The notes beneath the pieces were generated by a model. That model saw nothing but the letters and a program-made list of their open reading frames with translations. It did no database searches and was not told the origin of the DNA. A stretch of 64,000 nucleotides of DNA. It comes from an uncultured bacterium (lineage in GTDB: Bacteria; Krumholzibacteriota; Krumholzibacteriia; LZORAL124-64-63). The stretch spans positions 224,001 through 288,000 of the forward strand of contig CAVSGO010000005.1 of assembly GCA_963727525.1 (NCBI GenBank), written 5' to 3'. Below, piece after piece: positions 19,674 to 29,481 of the stretch (the stretch's first letter is position 1; every line of letters starts with the position of its first letter). A program made the position numbers and the translations under genes.

Positions 19674-22600
19674 ATGAGAAACCTAGCTCACGTCCGGGCT
19701 GTCGCAGCCACCGTGCTGCTCCTCGTGCTGGGCACACCGGCCCTGGCGCAGTTCGTCGACGGCATGCCCGCCGAGGGCGTCCTCGGCCCCACCGATTTCA
19801 CCACTCGCCCCTCTGCCGCCACCACCGACAGCCAGTTCAACGGCCCCAATGGCGTGGCGGTGGATCCGCTGACGGGCAAGCTCTTCGTGGTCGACCGCGG
19901 CAACCATCGCGTGCTGCGCTGGTCGTCGGTCGATGCCATGGTCGATGGCGCGGCCGCCGAGGCGGTCCTCGGTCAAACGGACTTCGTCACCGGCACATCC
20001 GGCCTCAGCGCCACCCGGTTCAACAACCCCATCGGCGCCTGCGTGGACGCCGTCGGTCGCCTCTGGATCGGCGACTTCAGCAACAATCGCGTGCTGCGCT
20101 TCGACGACGCGTCGAACAAAGCCACCGGCGCCGCCGCCGACGCGGTGCTCGGACAGCCTGATTTCGTCACCGGGTCGTCGGGCACCACCGCCGACAAGAT
20201 GGGCGGCCCCGTGGGCGTGTTCCTCGACGCCGACGGCATCCTCTGGGTGAGCAACTTCAACAATCATCGCGTGCTGCGCTTCGACGACGCCGCGAACAAG
20301 CCCGACGGCGCCGCCGCCGATGGCGTGCTCGGTCAGCCCGACTTCACCAGCGGTTCCAGCTCGCTTTCGCAGACCGGCATGGCCAACCCGAATGACGTCG
20401 TCGTCGACGCCAGCGGCAACCTCTACGTGAGCGACTACGCCAACCGCCGCGTGCTACGCTTCGACGCCGCGGCCATCAAGGCCAACGGCGCCGCGGCCGA
20501 CGGCGTGCTCGGCAAACCCGACTTCGTCACCGGCGGCTCCATGCTCAGCCAGACCACCATGGGCACGACGCGCTACGTCGAGGTGGACGCCGCGGGCCAC
20601 CTGTACGTGGTAGGCGAGGGCAACAACCGCATGCTCGTCTTCAACGATGCGGCGACGCTGCCCAACGGCGCGCCGGCCGATTTCGTGATCGGCCAGCCCG
20701 ACTTCGACACCAGCACCATCCTCGATCCCCCGACGGCCTCCAGCCTGCGCACGCCGCGCGCCGTCGAGGTTGACGAGACCAACCACGTGCTCTGGCTCGC
20801 CGACTGGGCGAACCAGCGCGTGCTGCGCTACCCCATCGGCTCCACCACCGAGCCGAACATCATCCTCGTGTCGCCCAGTGGCGGCGAGGAGTGGCTCTCG
20901 GGCAGCACCCACGCCATCACCTGGGGCGTCAACATGGTGGCGACCCTGACCATCGAATACTCCACCGACGACGGCGCCTCCTGGCAAACCATCGCCTCGG
21001 GCGTGGACGCGTCCCTCGGCACCTACGCCTGGATCGTCCCGGCCGCGCCGACGACCACGGCCCGCGTGCGTCTGAGCGACGAAGCCGACAGCGCCGTGAA
21101 CGACATCGACGCGCAGTCGTTCACGATCGCCATGCCCGTGTACACGATCATGGTGGAATCTCCCAATGGCTCGCAGCAGTGGGAGGTCGGCTCGAGCCAG
21201 CACATCCTCTTCACGGCAGTGAACCTGACATCGGTGGATGTCGAGGTCAGCGACGACGGCGGCAGCACGTGGACCACCGTGGCCGCGGCGGCTCCCGCCA
21301 GCGACGGCTCCGTGGCGTGGACCGTGCCCGATGGTCCCGGTGATCAGTACCTCATGCGCGTCACCGACGCCGACGGTTCCGGTGCCACGGATACCAGCGA
21401 CGAGATGTTCGCCGTGGTCCTCGAGGTCACCGGCGACGAGTTCGACGAGATCTTCTTTCGCGACAGCCCCACGCCCGACTACTACGATCCCAGCTACGTC
21501 TTCGCCAATACGCCGAGCACGTTCGTGAGCTGGGGCTCGTCCAAGATCCCCGTGGCCACGGAACGCTCGCTCCGCGGCAACTACAGCTTGTCGTTCGAGT
21601 GGAACTCGCAGGTCGGCGGCGACTGGGGCGCGGCCGTGGCCTCGCTCGGCTGGCTCGGCCACGACGTCGCCCAGCGCGACAGCCTGGTCTTCTGGGTCTA
21701 CACCGACGAGCCCATCGATCCAGCGGATCTGCCCTGCATCTACCTGGAAGACCTCTCCAACGCGAAGACCGAGCACCTCCCGCTGTCCGACTACCTGGGC
21801 GCCATCACGTCAGCCGAATGGCAACGCGTCGCCCTCGACCTGCAGGTCTTCCGCGACCATCCGGGATCGGCCGACCTCACGCGCATCAAGACCATCTTCT
21901 TCGGCCAGCAGGCAGCCGACGGCGTGGCGCACCACTGGTTCATGGACGACGTGCGCATGACCGGCGGCGAGATCCTCACCGGCCTGGACGTGCCCACCAT
22001 CGTCGTGCTCGGCTCGTCCACCGCAGCGGGTACCGGCGCCAGTTCTCCCGACAGCTCGTGGGTCGGCCGGTACCGGCACTACGTGGTGGAACAGGACAGC
22101 ACCGCGCAGGTGGTCAACCTGGCGATCGGCGGCTTCACCACCTACAACATCATGCCCGACGGATATGAACCGCCGGCCGGTCGTCCGGGCCCGAGCCCGG
22201 GCCACAATATCACCCGAGCCCTGGCCTACGACCCCTGGGCCATCATCATCAACCTGCCCAGCAACGACATCACCTCGGGCTTCACCATCGAGGAGCAGCT
22301 CGCGAACTACGACGTGGTACTGGGCCTGGCCGCGGATGCGGACATTCCCGTGTGGATCTCCACCACGCAGCCGCGCAACCTGCCGACGCAGGAGCAGCGC
22401 GACCTGCAGCACACCATGGCCGACACCACGCTCACCCTCTTCGGCGACCACGCCGTCGACTTCTGGTACGGCCTTGCGGCCGCCGATGGCACCATCCTGC
22501 CGGAGTACGACTCGGGTGACGGCATCCACCTGAACGACTCGGGACACGCCGTGCTGTACGGACGCGTCGTCGCCAGGGACATCTGGAATCAGATCACGGC

Positions 22601-22919
22601 GGTGGAGAATCCGTACGAGGACGACACGCCCACCGTGCCAGGAGCCACCCGGCTATTTCAGAACGCACCGAACCCCTTCAACCCCAGCACGAAGATCAAC
22701 TTCTCGCTGAATCAGGCCGGCGACGTGACGCTGGCCGTCTACGATCTGCGCGGCCACCAGGTGCGGCGCCTCGTGGCGGGCGCGATGGTGGCCGGCGACC
22801 ACACCATCGTCTGGGACGGCAAGAACGATCGCGGCCAGCCCACGGCCAGCGGCGTGTACTTCTACCGCCTGCAAACGCCCGCGCGCGTGCTTACACGGTC
22901 GATGCTGATGGTGAAATAG
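19674..22919 (+). CDS. Secreted multidomain protein: NHL repeats, 2 Ig-like domains, CBM-like domain, SGNH/GDSL hydrolase, FlgD-Ig C-terminal domain
   Basis: Signal peptide, repeated NxRVLRFD...VLGQPDF, SPxGGExW Ig-like units, LGSSTAAG and DGIHLN SGNH blocks, NAPNPFNP...MLMVK. True ATG at 19674. Confidence 0.85.
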   Translation: MRNLAHVRAVAATVLLLVLGTPALAQFVDGMPAEGVLGPTDFTTRPSAATTDSQFNGPNGVAVDPLTGKLFVVDRGNHRVLRWSSVDAMVDGAAAEAVLGQTDFVTGTSGLSATRFNNPIGACVDAVGRLWIGDFSNNRVLRFDDASNKATGAAADAVLGQPDFVTGSSGTTADKMGGPVGVFLDADGILWVSNFNNHRVLRFDDAANKPDGAAADGVLGQPDFTSGSSSLSQTGMANPNDVVVDASGNLYVSDYANRRVLRFDAAAIKANGAAADGVLGKPDFVTGGSMLSQTTMGTTRYVEVDAAGHLYVVGEGNNRMLVFNDAATLPNGAPADFVIGQPDFDTSTILDPPTASSLRTPRAVEVDETNHVLWLADWANQRVLRYPIGSTTEPNIILVSPSGGEEWLSGSTHAITWGVNMVATLTIEYSTDDGASWQTIASGVDASLGTYAWIVPAAPTTTARVRLSDEADSAVNDIDAQSFTIAMPVYTIMVESPNGSQQWEVGSSQHILFTAVNLTSVDVEVSDDGGSTWTTVAAAAPASDGSVAWTVPDGPGDQYLMRVTDADGSGATDTSDEMFAVVLEVTGDEFDEIFFRDSPTPDYYDPSYVFANTPSTFVSWGSSKIPVATERSLRGNYSLSFEWNSQVGGDWGAAVASLGWLGHDVAQRDSLVFWVYTDEPIDPADLPCIYLEDLSNAKTEHLPLSDYLGAITSAEWQRVALDLQVFRDHPGSADLTRIKTIFFGQQAADGVAHHWFMDDVRMTGGEILTGLDVPTIVVLGSSTAAGTGASSPDSSWVGRYRHYVVEQDSTAQVVNLAIGGFTTYNIMPDGYEPPAGRPGPSPGHNITRALAYDPWAIIINLPSNDITSGFTIEEQLANYDVVLGLAADADIPVWISTTQPRNLPTQEQRDLQHTMADTTLTLFGDHAVDFWYGLAAADGTILPEYDSGDGIHLNDSGHAVLYGRVVARDIWNQITAVENPYEDDTPTVPGATRLFQNAPNPFNPSTKINFSLNQAGDVTLAVYDLRGHQVRRLVAGAMVAGDHTIVWDGKNDRGQPTASGVYFYRLQTPARVLTRSMLMVK

Positions 22920-22989
22920 ACGCCATGACGATGGAGGCCCCGGTCATCGCGGCCGGGGCTTCCTGGATCTGGCGGCGCGAGTCCCGACG

Positions 22990-23240
22990 GCTGCCGCGCC
23001 ACAAGTACCGGGTTGGTCACGCGGTGGCGGAGCGGATCCACGGTTTGGCCCAGCAACAGGTCGCCCAGCATGCGATGGCCGTGCGGTCCCATGACCAGCA
23101 GGTCGAGGTGGTGACTCACCACGAAGGCGGCAAGCTCCTTCACCGGATCGCCATGCAAGAGGGCGATCTCCATGGCCACGCCGAGGGCGCGGACCTCCTC
23201 GGCGATCTCCGTGAGGTAGCGCTCGTCGCCGCCATGCGTC
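22990..23240 (-). pseudogene. Universal stress protein domain fragment (probably the C-terminus of an MntH-USP transporter)
   Basis: GDPVKEL, DLLVMGPHGHRMLGDLLLGQTVDPLRH..PVLV; the N-terminal part is absent. Confidence 0.6.
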
Positions 23241-23359
23241 CGGCAGATCGGCAAGGCGCGCCAACCCAGGGGTCACGTCCGAACCCTGCGGGATCGGCGT
23301 TCCACCGGGGTCGTGCGACGGACGTCCCAGCCGGAGGTCCAGGCGCTACACCATCGTCC

Positions 23360-23610
23360 GACAGCACGTGCTCCCGGCGATGGGCCTCCGCATGCACCCG
23401 CGCCGGCGGCACACCCAGAACACGCACGAGAAACGTCCCCACCAGCCCCTCGCGATCGAGGGTCTTGAGCATGCCCGTCACCGATGCCGCCGCCACCCCT
23501 AGCCGGTCGACAAGTCGATTGATAGTCACCGCGGCGGTGTTGGCCTCGAGACGCATGATGGCGGTGAGATAATCGCCGTGGGTCACGCTCATCTTGGGAA
23601 TGGTCAGCAT
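23360..23610 (-). pseudogene. mntR: DtxR/MntR-family regulator with an internal deletion
   Basis: DYLTAI, LGVAAASVTGMLKTL..EGLV joined directly to TFLVRVLG..AEAHRREHVLSD; the wing and RxHR segment are missing. Confidence 0.7.
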
Positions 23611-23642
23611 CGTGTCCTCCCCAGATTTCATGTCAGCAGGGA

Positions 23643-23663
23643 TATTTCAGTCTGCCTGAAATA
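23643..23663. promoter_or_regulatory. DtxR/MntR-box-like palindrome
   Basis: TATTTCAG-TCTGC-CTGAAATA perfect 8-bp inverted repeat upstream of the mntR remnant. Confidence 0.65.
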
Positions 23664-23753
23664 CATCTCAAGCGATTTTTTATCAACGTGTTACGGAAAA
23701 CGACGAAGCCCACGCCGTAGCATGGGCCCGTCCAATCCGGCGGCGACCACAAG

Positions 23754-24569
23754 CTATTTTACCAGGACCATCCGCCGGGTCGCCACCACCCCCGCGCCCT
23801 CGAGCCGGTACACGTACGTGCCCGAGGCCACGGCCTGGCCGCGGGAGTCCCGCCCATCCCAGGTGGTGCGATGCTCGCCGGCCGGCAGATCGCCGTCGAC
23901 GAGGGTGGCCACGCGCCGGCCGTCCAACCCGTACACCGCGACGGTGGTATGGCCGGGCGCCGGGAGCGCGAAGCGGATCGTCGTGCGCGGGTTGAAGGGA
24001 TTCGGCTGGTTGTCCAGCGACACGGCGGCCGGTCTGGCTCCGGCCGCGGGGCCGCTCTCGTTGATCGTGAACGCCGGGCTCTGGGACGTACGCAGCGACG
24101 TGACCGCGCCCACGTGTTCGCGGTCGCCGCCCACGAAGGCGGGCGCGGGCGGCGTCACCGAGGACGGATCGTTGGCCGCCAGGCGGAGCCAGCCGGGCTG
24201 ATCGTCGGTGACCACACAGGTGGCGCGCGCCAGCACGATGTGGTCTGCCGCAGGCAAAGGCCGGGCTAGACCCACCGCGAAACGCGGCGCCTCGGCGATG
24301 TTGAGAGCCTGCCCCTCGTATACCCAGTCGGCGATCCGCAGGTTCGGCGACGCCGCGACGACGCATTCCCAGCCACGCACATCCACGCCAGCATGGGACA
24401 GCACGAGGTAGACCGGGAACGGGGTGTCCGGCGTGACCGTGGCCTCGGCACCAGTAGCTGCCTCATCGGCATAGATCCCGATATCGGACGCCTGCAACGG
24501 TGTCGCGAGGAAGACGCTGCCCACGAGCGCGAACAGCGGCAGGAACGAAAGGGCTTGTCTGGTCTTCAT
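23754..24569 (-). CDS. Secreted beta-sandwich (cohesin-like?) protein with FlgD-Ig C-terminal domain
   Basis: Signal peptide, IGIYAD..VYLVL..VRGWE, NQPNPFNP...RMVLVK; AGGAG RBS. Confidence 0.8.
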   Translation of the reverse strand: MKTRQALSFLPLFALVGSVFLATPLQASDIGIYADEAATGAEATVTPDTPFPVYLVLSHAGVDVRGWECVVAASPNLRIADWVYEGQALNIAEAPRFAVGLARPLPAADHIVLARATCVVTDDQPGWLRLAANDPSSVTPPAPAFVGGDREHVGAVTSLRTSQSPAFTINESGPAAGARPAAVSLDNQPNPFNPRTTIRFALPAPGHTTVAVYGLDGRRVATLVDGDLPAGEHRTTWDGRDSRGQAVASGTYVYRLEGAGVVATRRMVLVK

Positions 24570-24619
24570 GCTCGTCTCCTCGATCATGGCGCAGCCCAGC
24601 GACCGCGCGCGTCTGGGAC

Positions 24620-26095
24620 TTACGGACAGCCGGCGCAGGCTGTCCCGTTGGCGAGCGCGAGCGCGGCGAAGTCCGAGAGGTTGAGCACCCCGTCGAAATG
24701 GAAATCTGCGCATACGGTGTAGGCGACGAAATACGCCTGGGCGAATAGAGGGATGTCGGCCAGGTTCATGATGCCGTCCCCGTTCATGTCAGGGCTATGG
24801 AACTGGATGTCCATGGGTTGCCCCAGCGGTCCCCAGGATGTCATGACCTGCGTCATCTCGCCGCCGGCCGCGTCGGTACATCCGCCGGCACACACGGGGT
24901 TGGAAAAAGTTGTCCGCCCGGCCGGTCCGGTCGGCGCGTCGGCAATGGGTACCCGATCCGACGTCGAGCAGCAATCGCGGCACGTGGCGAGATTCCCCAG
25001 CGTGGTCTCCAGCCACATATGGTCCGCGGGCACCCCCGCGATCGCCACGCCGGTACAGCTGATCATCTGCACGTCGACCGTGGCATCCACGACCACACCG
25101 CCCGGTGCGAACGCATGCGTCAAAGGGTCGCCCGTGCAGATCGGGATGTTGGTCACCCAGACCTGTCCCGCAGCGCGAGTGCCGGCTGTGCTGGCGTTGA
25201 GGTCGGGACAATCGGGATTCGTGTTTACCGTCACCGGATTTCCGGCGAACTGGCCAGCGGTGAACGTGCTGCAACCCAGGTCCACGTTGCTCACCGGCCC
25301 CACGAAACCATCGGGGCCGCTGGGCGCCGCGTTGTTCGTGACGGTGGTGTTGCAGCAGAACACCAGCGACTGGTTCACGGCGTACAGACCGCCGCCCTCG
25401 GTGATCGCATCGTTGGTGTCGACCAGGCAACCATTGGCGCGGCCGGTCTATTGCGCGGTGAACGCCAGGGCGCCGCCCTGCTCGGCATGGTTGTTCGCCA
25501 TGGTGCAGAGGCTGAATTCCGCGTCGCTCATGTCGTCCAGCAAACAGCCGCCGCCCCGGTGCTGGGCGTCGTTGACATCGAAGCTGCAGTGACGGATGTC
25601 GAGATCGGCATGGGAGCCGAAGAGACCGCCGCCCGCCACGGCCCGATTGTCGCGAATTCCGGATTCCTGGAGGTACACGGTGGCATCGATGGCAGCCACG
25701 CCGCCACCATGATCGCCATTGACGAGGGGGCCGTTCGCCTGGCAATGAGAGAACACGAAACCGCGCACGTGGACCGTGGCGTTATTGACGTAGAGACCGC
25801 GCCCGGCGAAGCCGGGGTCGACGACCACCGGGCCGGTCCCTGCGAACCGAACCAGGCAGATGTCCTTGTTCTCGACGACGATGCAGTTGGTACTGCCGGT
25901 GAGGGCGTCCGTCGTGATGCAGGACGTATATGTCCCGCCATCGACGAGGATGATGTCTCCCGAGGAGGCGACATTGACGGCCGCCTGGATGGTCGAAAAG
26001 GATCCGGGGACGTAATAGGTGGTGGCGAGCGCCGCCTGCGCTACGGTGAACACCGCGATGGCGACGACCGCCGACACGCGATTGGTTCGGCCCAT
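24620..26095 (-). pseudogene. Secreted beta-helix protein with C-terminal dockerin-like repeats, interrupted by one in-frame TAG
   Basis: YYVPGSFSTIQAAV, N..GGG repeats, TAG at 25448-25450 with the frame continuing, DMNGDGIMNLAD and DFHFDGVLNLSD. Confidence 0.75.
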
Positions 26096-26368
26096 GGCTC
26101 TTCCCTTCGGTTCGGCGGTGATATGATTTTTGGACAGATGCGAGGCGTGGCGCTGATTCTGGAGAAATTTTATCTGATCTTGACATGCGAATGCAAGTCC
26201 GGGTCTTGGTTCAGGGGATCTCGCCAGGATTAGCGGCGTCCAAAAATTACGAGAAAAGCCCTCCACAACTTTCGCTTGTCGTCGAATCGGCAGCATACGA
26301 GATTGGAGCTCGGCTCGCGCCCGCGAGGGCCCGACGAATCCGAGGACCCCTGATACCGAAGAGAATCG

Positions 26369-26740
26369 ATGCGTCACCTGTTGCACCTGATCGTCTCCAT
26401 CCTCATGTGGGTCCTCTTCGGATACTACTGGTACATCGTCATGGGACGTGAAGTCGGCCCCGGCACCACGCGGGCCATCGTGATCCTGGGCATGCTGGTT
26501 CTCGTGGGCCTGGTGACGACGGCGCTCTGGATCGAGCACAATCTGCTCCTCGCGCGCAGGCTCGAGGGACGCCGGCAGGGAGTGCGCGGAGCGCCTGAGC
26601 CGAACATCGAATGGGATGCCATCGGGCGGCCGATTACGCATCCCGGATTGCCGTTGCTGCGTGCGGCGACGATCGTCGACATCACGGCGGACCCCGAGAG
26701 CAAGACCTTCACGGTCGGAGCTGCGAAGGAACCGTCGTGA
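26369..26740 (+). CDS. 2-TM PgaD-like accessory protein
   Basis: Two TM helices followed by WIEHN..RR..RR; coupled to the GT2 gene. Confidence 0.6.
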   Translation: MRHLLHLIVSILMWVLFGYYWYIVMGREVGPGTTRAIVILGMLVLVGLVTTALWIEHNLLLARRLEGRRQGVRGAPEPNIEWDAIGRPITHPGLPLLRAATIVDITADPESKTFTVGAAKEPS

Positions 26741-28005
26741 ACCTGTACGACCTGGTCGTCTCGTTCGAGCAGACGTGGGTGTACGGCGCGCTACTCGTGT
26801 ACTTCGCCTGGTATCCCATGGCCACCAGCGCCATGTGGATCTACACGGCGATCATCTACTTCCGCCGGCGCGAGCACCGGGACGAGGACTCCGCGGCTTC
26901 ATTCTACCGTCTCGATCGCACACCGCGCGTGAGCTTCCTCATTCCCGCCTTCAACGAGGAAGACAACATCGCTGAGACCGTGGCGGGTGTGCTCGCCGTC
27001 GACTACCCCGATTTCGAGGTCGTCGTCATCGACGATTGCTCCACCGACGGCACCCTGGCTCGCCTGCAACCCCTCGCCGACGCCGGCCGCATCCGCCTGA
27101 TCCGCAAGCGCGTGAACGAGGGCAAGGCCATGGCGCTGAACGACGCCTTGCCGCTGTGCACCGGCGAATTGCTCATGGTGATGGATGCCGACGCGATTCC
27201 CGATCCGGGCATCCTCAAGGCCATGGTCCCCCACTTCCGCTCGCCCCGCGTGGGTGCGGTGACGGGCAATCCGCGGGTGGTGAATCGCGACAGTTTCCTC
27301 GCCAAGCTGCAGGCCATCGAGTTCGCCAGCATCATCTCACTGATGCGGCGCGCGCAGCGCGTATGGGGCCGCATCATGACCATGTCCGGCGTGGTGGGGA
27401 TCTTCCGCCGCGAGGCATTGCAGGATGTCGGCTATTACAGCCCGGAGATGGCCACGGAGGACATCGACATCACCTGGCGCCTGCAGATCCGCCACTGGGA
27501 CGTGCGCTACGAATCGCAGGCGGTGATGTGGATGCGCGTGCCGCAGTCGTTGAAGGGGCTGTGGCGGCAGCGGCGCCGCTGGGCGCTCGGGCTGAGCCAG
27601 GTGATGCATCGTCACTGGCGCACCGTGCTACACTGGGAGCACCGCCGGTTCTGGCCCGTGATCGTGGAAGCCAGCCTCTCGGTGGCCTGGGCCTACACTT
27701 ACGTCTTCCTGAGCCTCGTCTGGATCATCAGTTACGCGCTTGGGTATCCGCCGGTGGGCGCGAGCCCCATCCCCAATTTCTGGGGCATGCTCATCGCCAC
27801 GGTGTGCGTGTTGCAGCTCATCACAGGGGTGATGCTCGACCGCAACTACGACCGCACCCTGCCGCGATACTTCGTGCACGCGGTGTTCTACCCGCTCATC
27901 TACTGGATCCTGATGGCCGTGATCACGGTCGTGACACATCCACGCGGCGCCAACGTGAACCGACAGAAGCGGCGCTACACGCTCTGGAAGCCGGTGAGGG
28001 AATGA
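26737..28005 (+). CDS. pgaC: Poly-beta-1,6-GlcNAc synthase (GT2, PgaC/IcaA-like)
   Basis: IPAFNEE, DDCSTD, GKAMALN, DAD, GAVTGNPRV, TEDID, QRRRW. Confidence 0.88.
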   Translation: MNLYDLVVSFEQTWVYGALLVYFAWYPMATSAMWIYTAIIYFRRREHRDEDSAASFYRLDRTPRVSFLIPAFNEEDNIAETVAGVLAVDYPDFEVVVIDDCSTDGTLARLQPLADAGRIRLIRKRVNEGKAMALNDALPLCTGELLMVMDADAIPDPGILKAMVPHFRSPRVGAVTGNPRVVNRDSFLAKLQAIEFASIISLMRRAQRVWGRIMTMSGVVGIFRREALQDVGYYSPEMATEDIDITWRLQIRHWDVRYESQAVMWMRVPQSLKGLWRQRRRWALGLSQVMHRHWRTVLHWEHRRFWPVIVEASLSVAWAYTYVFLSLVWIISYALGYPPVGASPIPNFWGMLIATVCVLQLITGVMLDRNYDRTLPRYFVHAVFYPLIYWILMAVITVVTHPRGANVNRQKRRYTLWKPVRE

Positions 28006-29480
28006 CCGTGCGCCTCCGCCTCGTCATGGCCTGGCTTGCCCTGGCCGCGCCCAGTCTGGCCGAGATGGCCGCGGCGCAGACCGCGTCGGTCCCGGACACC
28101 GCGATGTTCGGGGTGCACGTCATCAATACGCCCGCCGCCTGGCGCGAGATCGACGCCGCCCGCGAGGCGGCGGGACACGACGCACACGCAGCATCCGCGG
28201 CTGCCTTCATCCGGGGCCTGAATCACGATGCACGCCTCGTCGGCGAGGTCTGCGACGAGCTGGCCTTCCAGAAGCTGTGGCTCGAGCAGCACGACCGCGC
28301 CATCTTCTACTTCCGTCGCTACCTGGCACGGCATCCGGGCGAGGTGAATCGGGACGCGCGCAAAGGGCTCGCGCTCGCCTATAGCTGGAGCGGCCGCCAG
28401 GGCCTGGCCATCGACATGTATCGCCGTCTCGTCGAGGAGGATCCCGGCGATCTCGACGCGCGCCTCGGGTTCGGACGCTCGCTCATCTGGGGCAATCACC
28501 TGCACGAGGGGTTCCACGTGCTGCGAGGCCTCGAGATCGAGCATCCCGACGACGACCATGGCGCCGGCGATTTCTTGCTGACGACCCTCGACTCCTACGA
28601 ACCGCACGTCGACATCCGCTGGGATGGCATCCGGGACAGCGACGACCTCACGATCCACCGTTACACGGTCCGGGGGCGCGCCAACGTCGGCGAGGCCCTG
28701 CCCGAAGTGGGCGCGGGGGTGGCCTTCATCGCACAGTCGGAAGAACCCGACGTCACCGCGCCCCGATTCCAGGCTGGTCTCGTCGCTCCGCTCGCGCACA
28801 CGGTCACGCTGCACGCCTACGGCTGGGTCGATCACCTGACGAGCGACGGCGCCCTGCCGACGACCGGTGAGTCGCTCGACTGGACGCGCCTCGGCGGCGA
28901 CGGCTGGCTCACGTGGCAGCCGCTTGCCCGCCTGCGCCTCGATCTGGGCGCGAGCAGCCAGGTCGTGGAGACCTACGTCGCCTTCGGCGAGCACCTCCAC
29001 TACGAGCCGCTGAGCCTGTCGGCCGACTGGCGTTTCGCGCGCCAATGGACGCTGTCCGGCGCCGGCCAGTATGCGAGCTACAGCGACGACAACACCCGTC
29101 GTCGCGGCTCGCTGCAGCTCTGGTGGAAGCATACCGGCGCCTGGGACCTCGCCGTGGGGCCAGGCATCTATGTCATGGACTACACTCACCCCTATCCGGG
29201 CGGTTACTGGGCGCCCGAAGGGGTGCGCAACGCCACGATGGCGGCGAAGATCGCCCACCACTGGGCACGTCTCGCCATTGCCGTGGACGGAAGCTACGGC
29301 GTGGAGAAGGAAACAGATGCCGACGCCATCGCGGTGGGCGGCATCCACGGCCACGTGGGCTGGCGCTTCGTCCCCGGCTGGTTGCTCGGTCTCGACGCCG
29401 CGCACTCCCGCAGCCGCTTCACCAGCGACAGCGGCTATCACCGCACCACGGGCACGGTCGCCATCCGGGCGCTCTTCTGA
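28002..29480 (+). CDS. TPR plus beta-barrel exporter (PgaA-like)
   Basis: Signal peptide, TPR helices (LALAYSWSG), DSD barrel start, GYWAP, C-terminal F; operon context. Confidence 0.7.
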   Translation: MTVRLRLVMAWLALAAPSLAEMAAAQTASVPDTAMFGVHVINTPAAWREIDAAREAAGHDAHAASAAAFIRGLNHDARLVGEVCDELAFQKLWLEQHDRAIFYFRRYLARHPGEVNRDARKGLALAYSWSGRQGLAIDMYRRLVEEDPGDLDARLGFGRSLIWGNHLHEGFHVLRGLEIEHPDDDHGAGDFLLTTLDSYEPHVDIRWDGIRDSDDLTIHRYTVRGRANVGEALPEVGAGVAFIAQSEEPDVTAPRFQAGLVAPLAHTVTLHAYGWVDHLTSDGALPTTGESLDWTRLGGDGWLTWQPLARLRLDLGASSQVVETYVAFGEHLHYEPLSLSADWRFARQWTLSGAGQYASYSDDNTRRRGSLQLWWKHTGAWDLAVGPGIYVMDYTHPYPGGYWAPEGVRNATMAAKIAHHWARLAIAVDGSYGVEKETDADAIAVGGIHGHVGWRFVPGWLLGLDAAHSRSRFTSDSGYHRTTGTVAIRALF

Positions 29481-29481
29481 C

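Noticed and set aside
19900-20830. CRISPR-like or DGR-like repeats
   Set aside because: These are in-frame NHL protein repeats; there are no spacers, cas genes or reverse transcriptase.
17266-25450. Genome-wide stop-codon reassignment or selenocysteine
   Set aside because: TAG and TGA both terminate many intact genes here, and the TGA-containing gene also has frameshifts.
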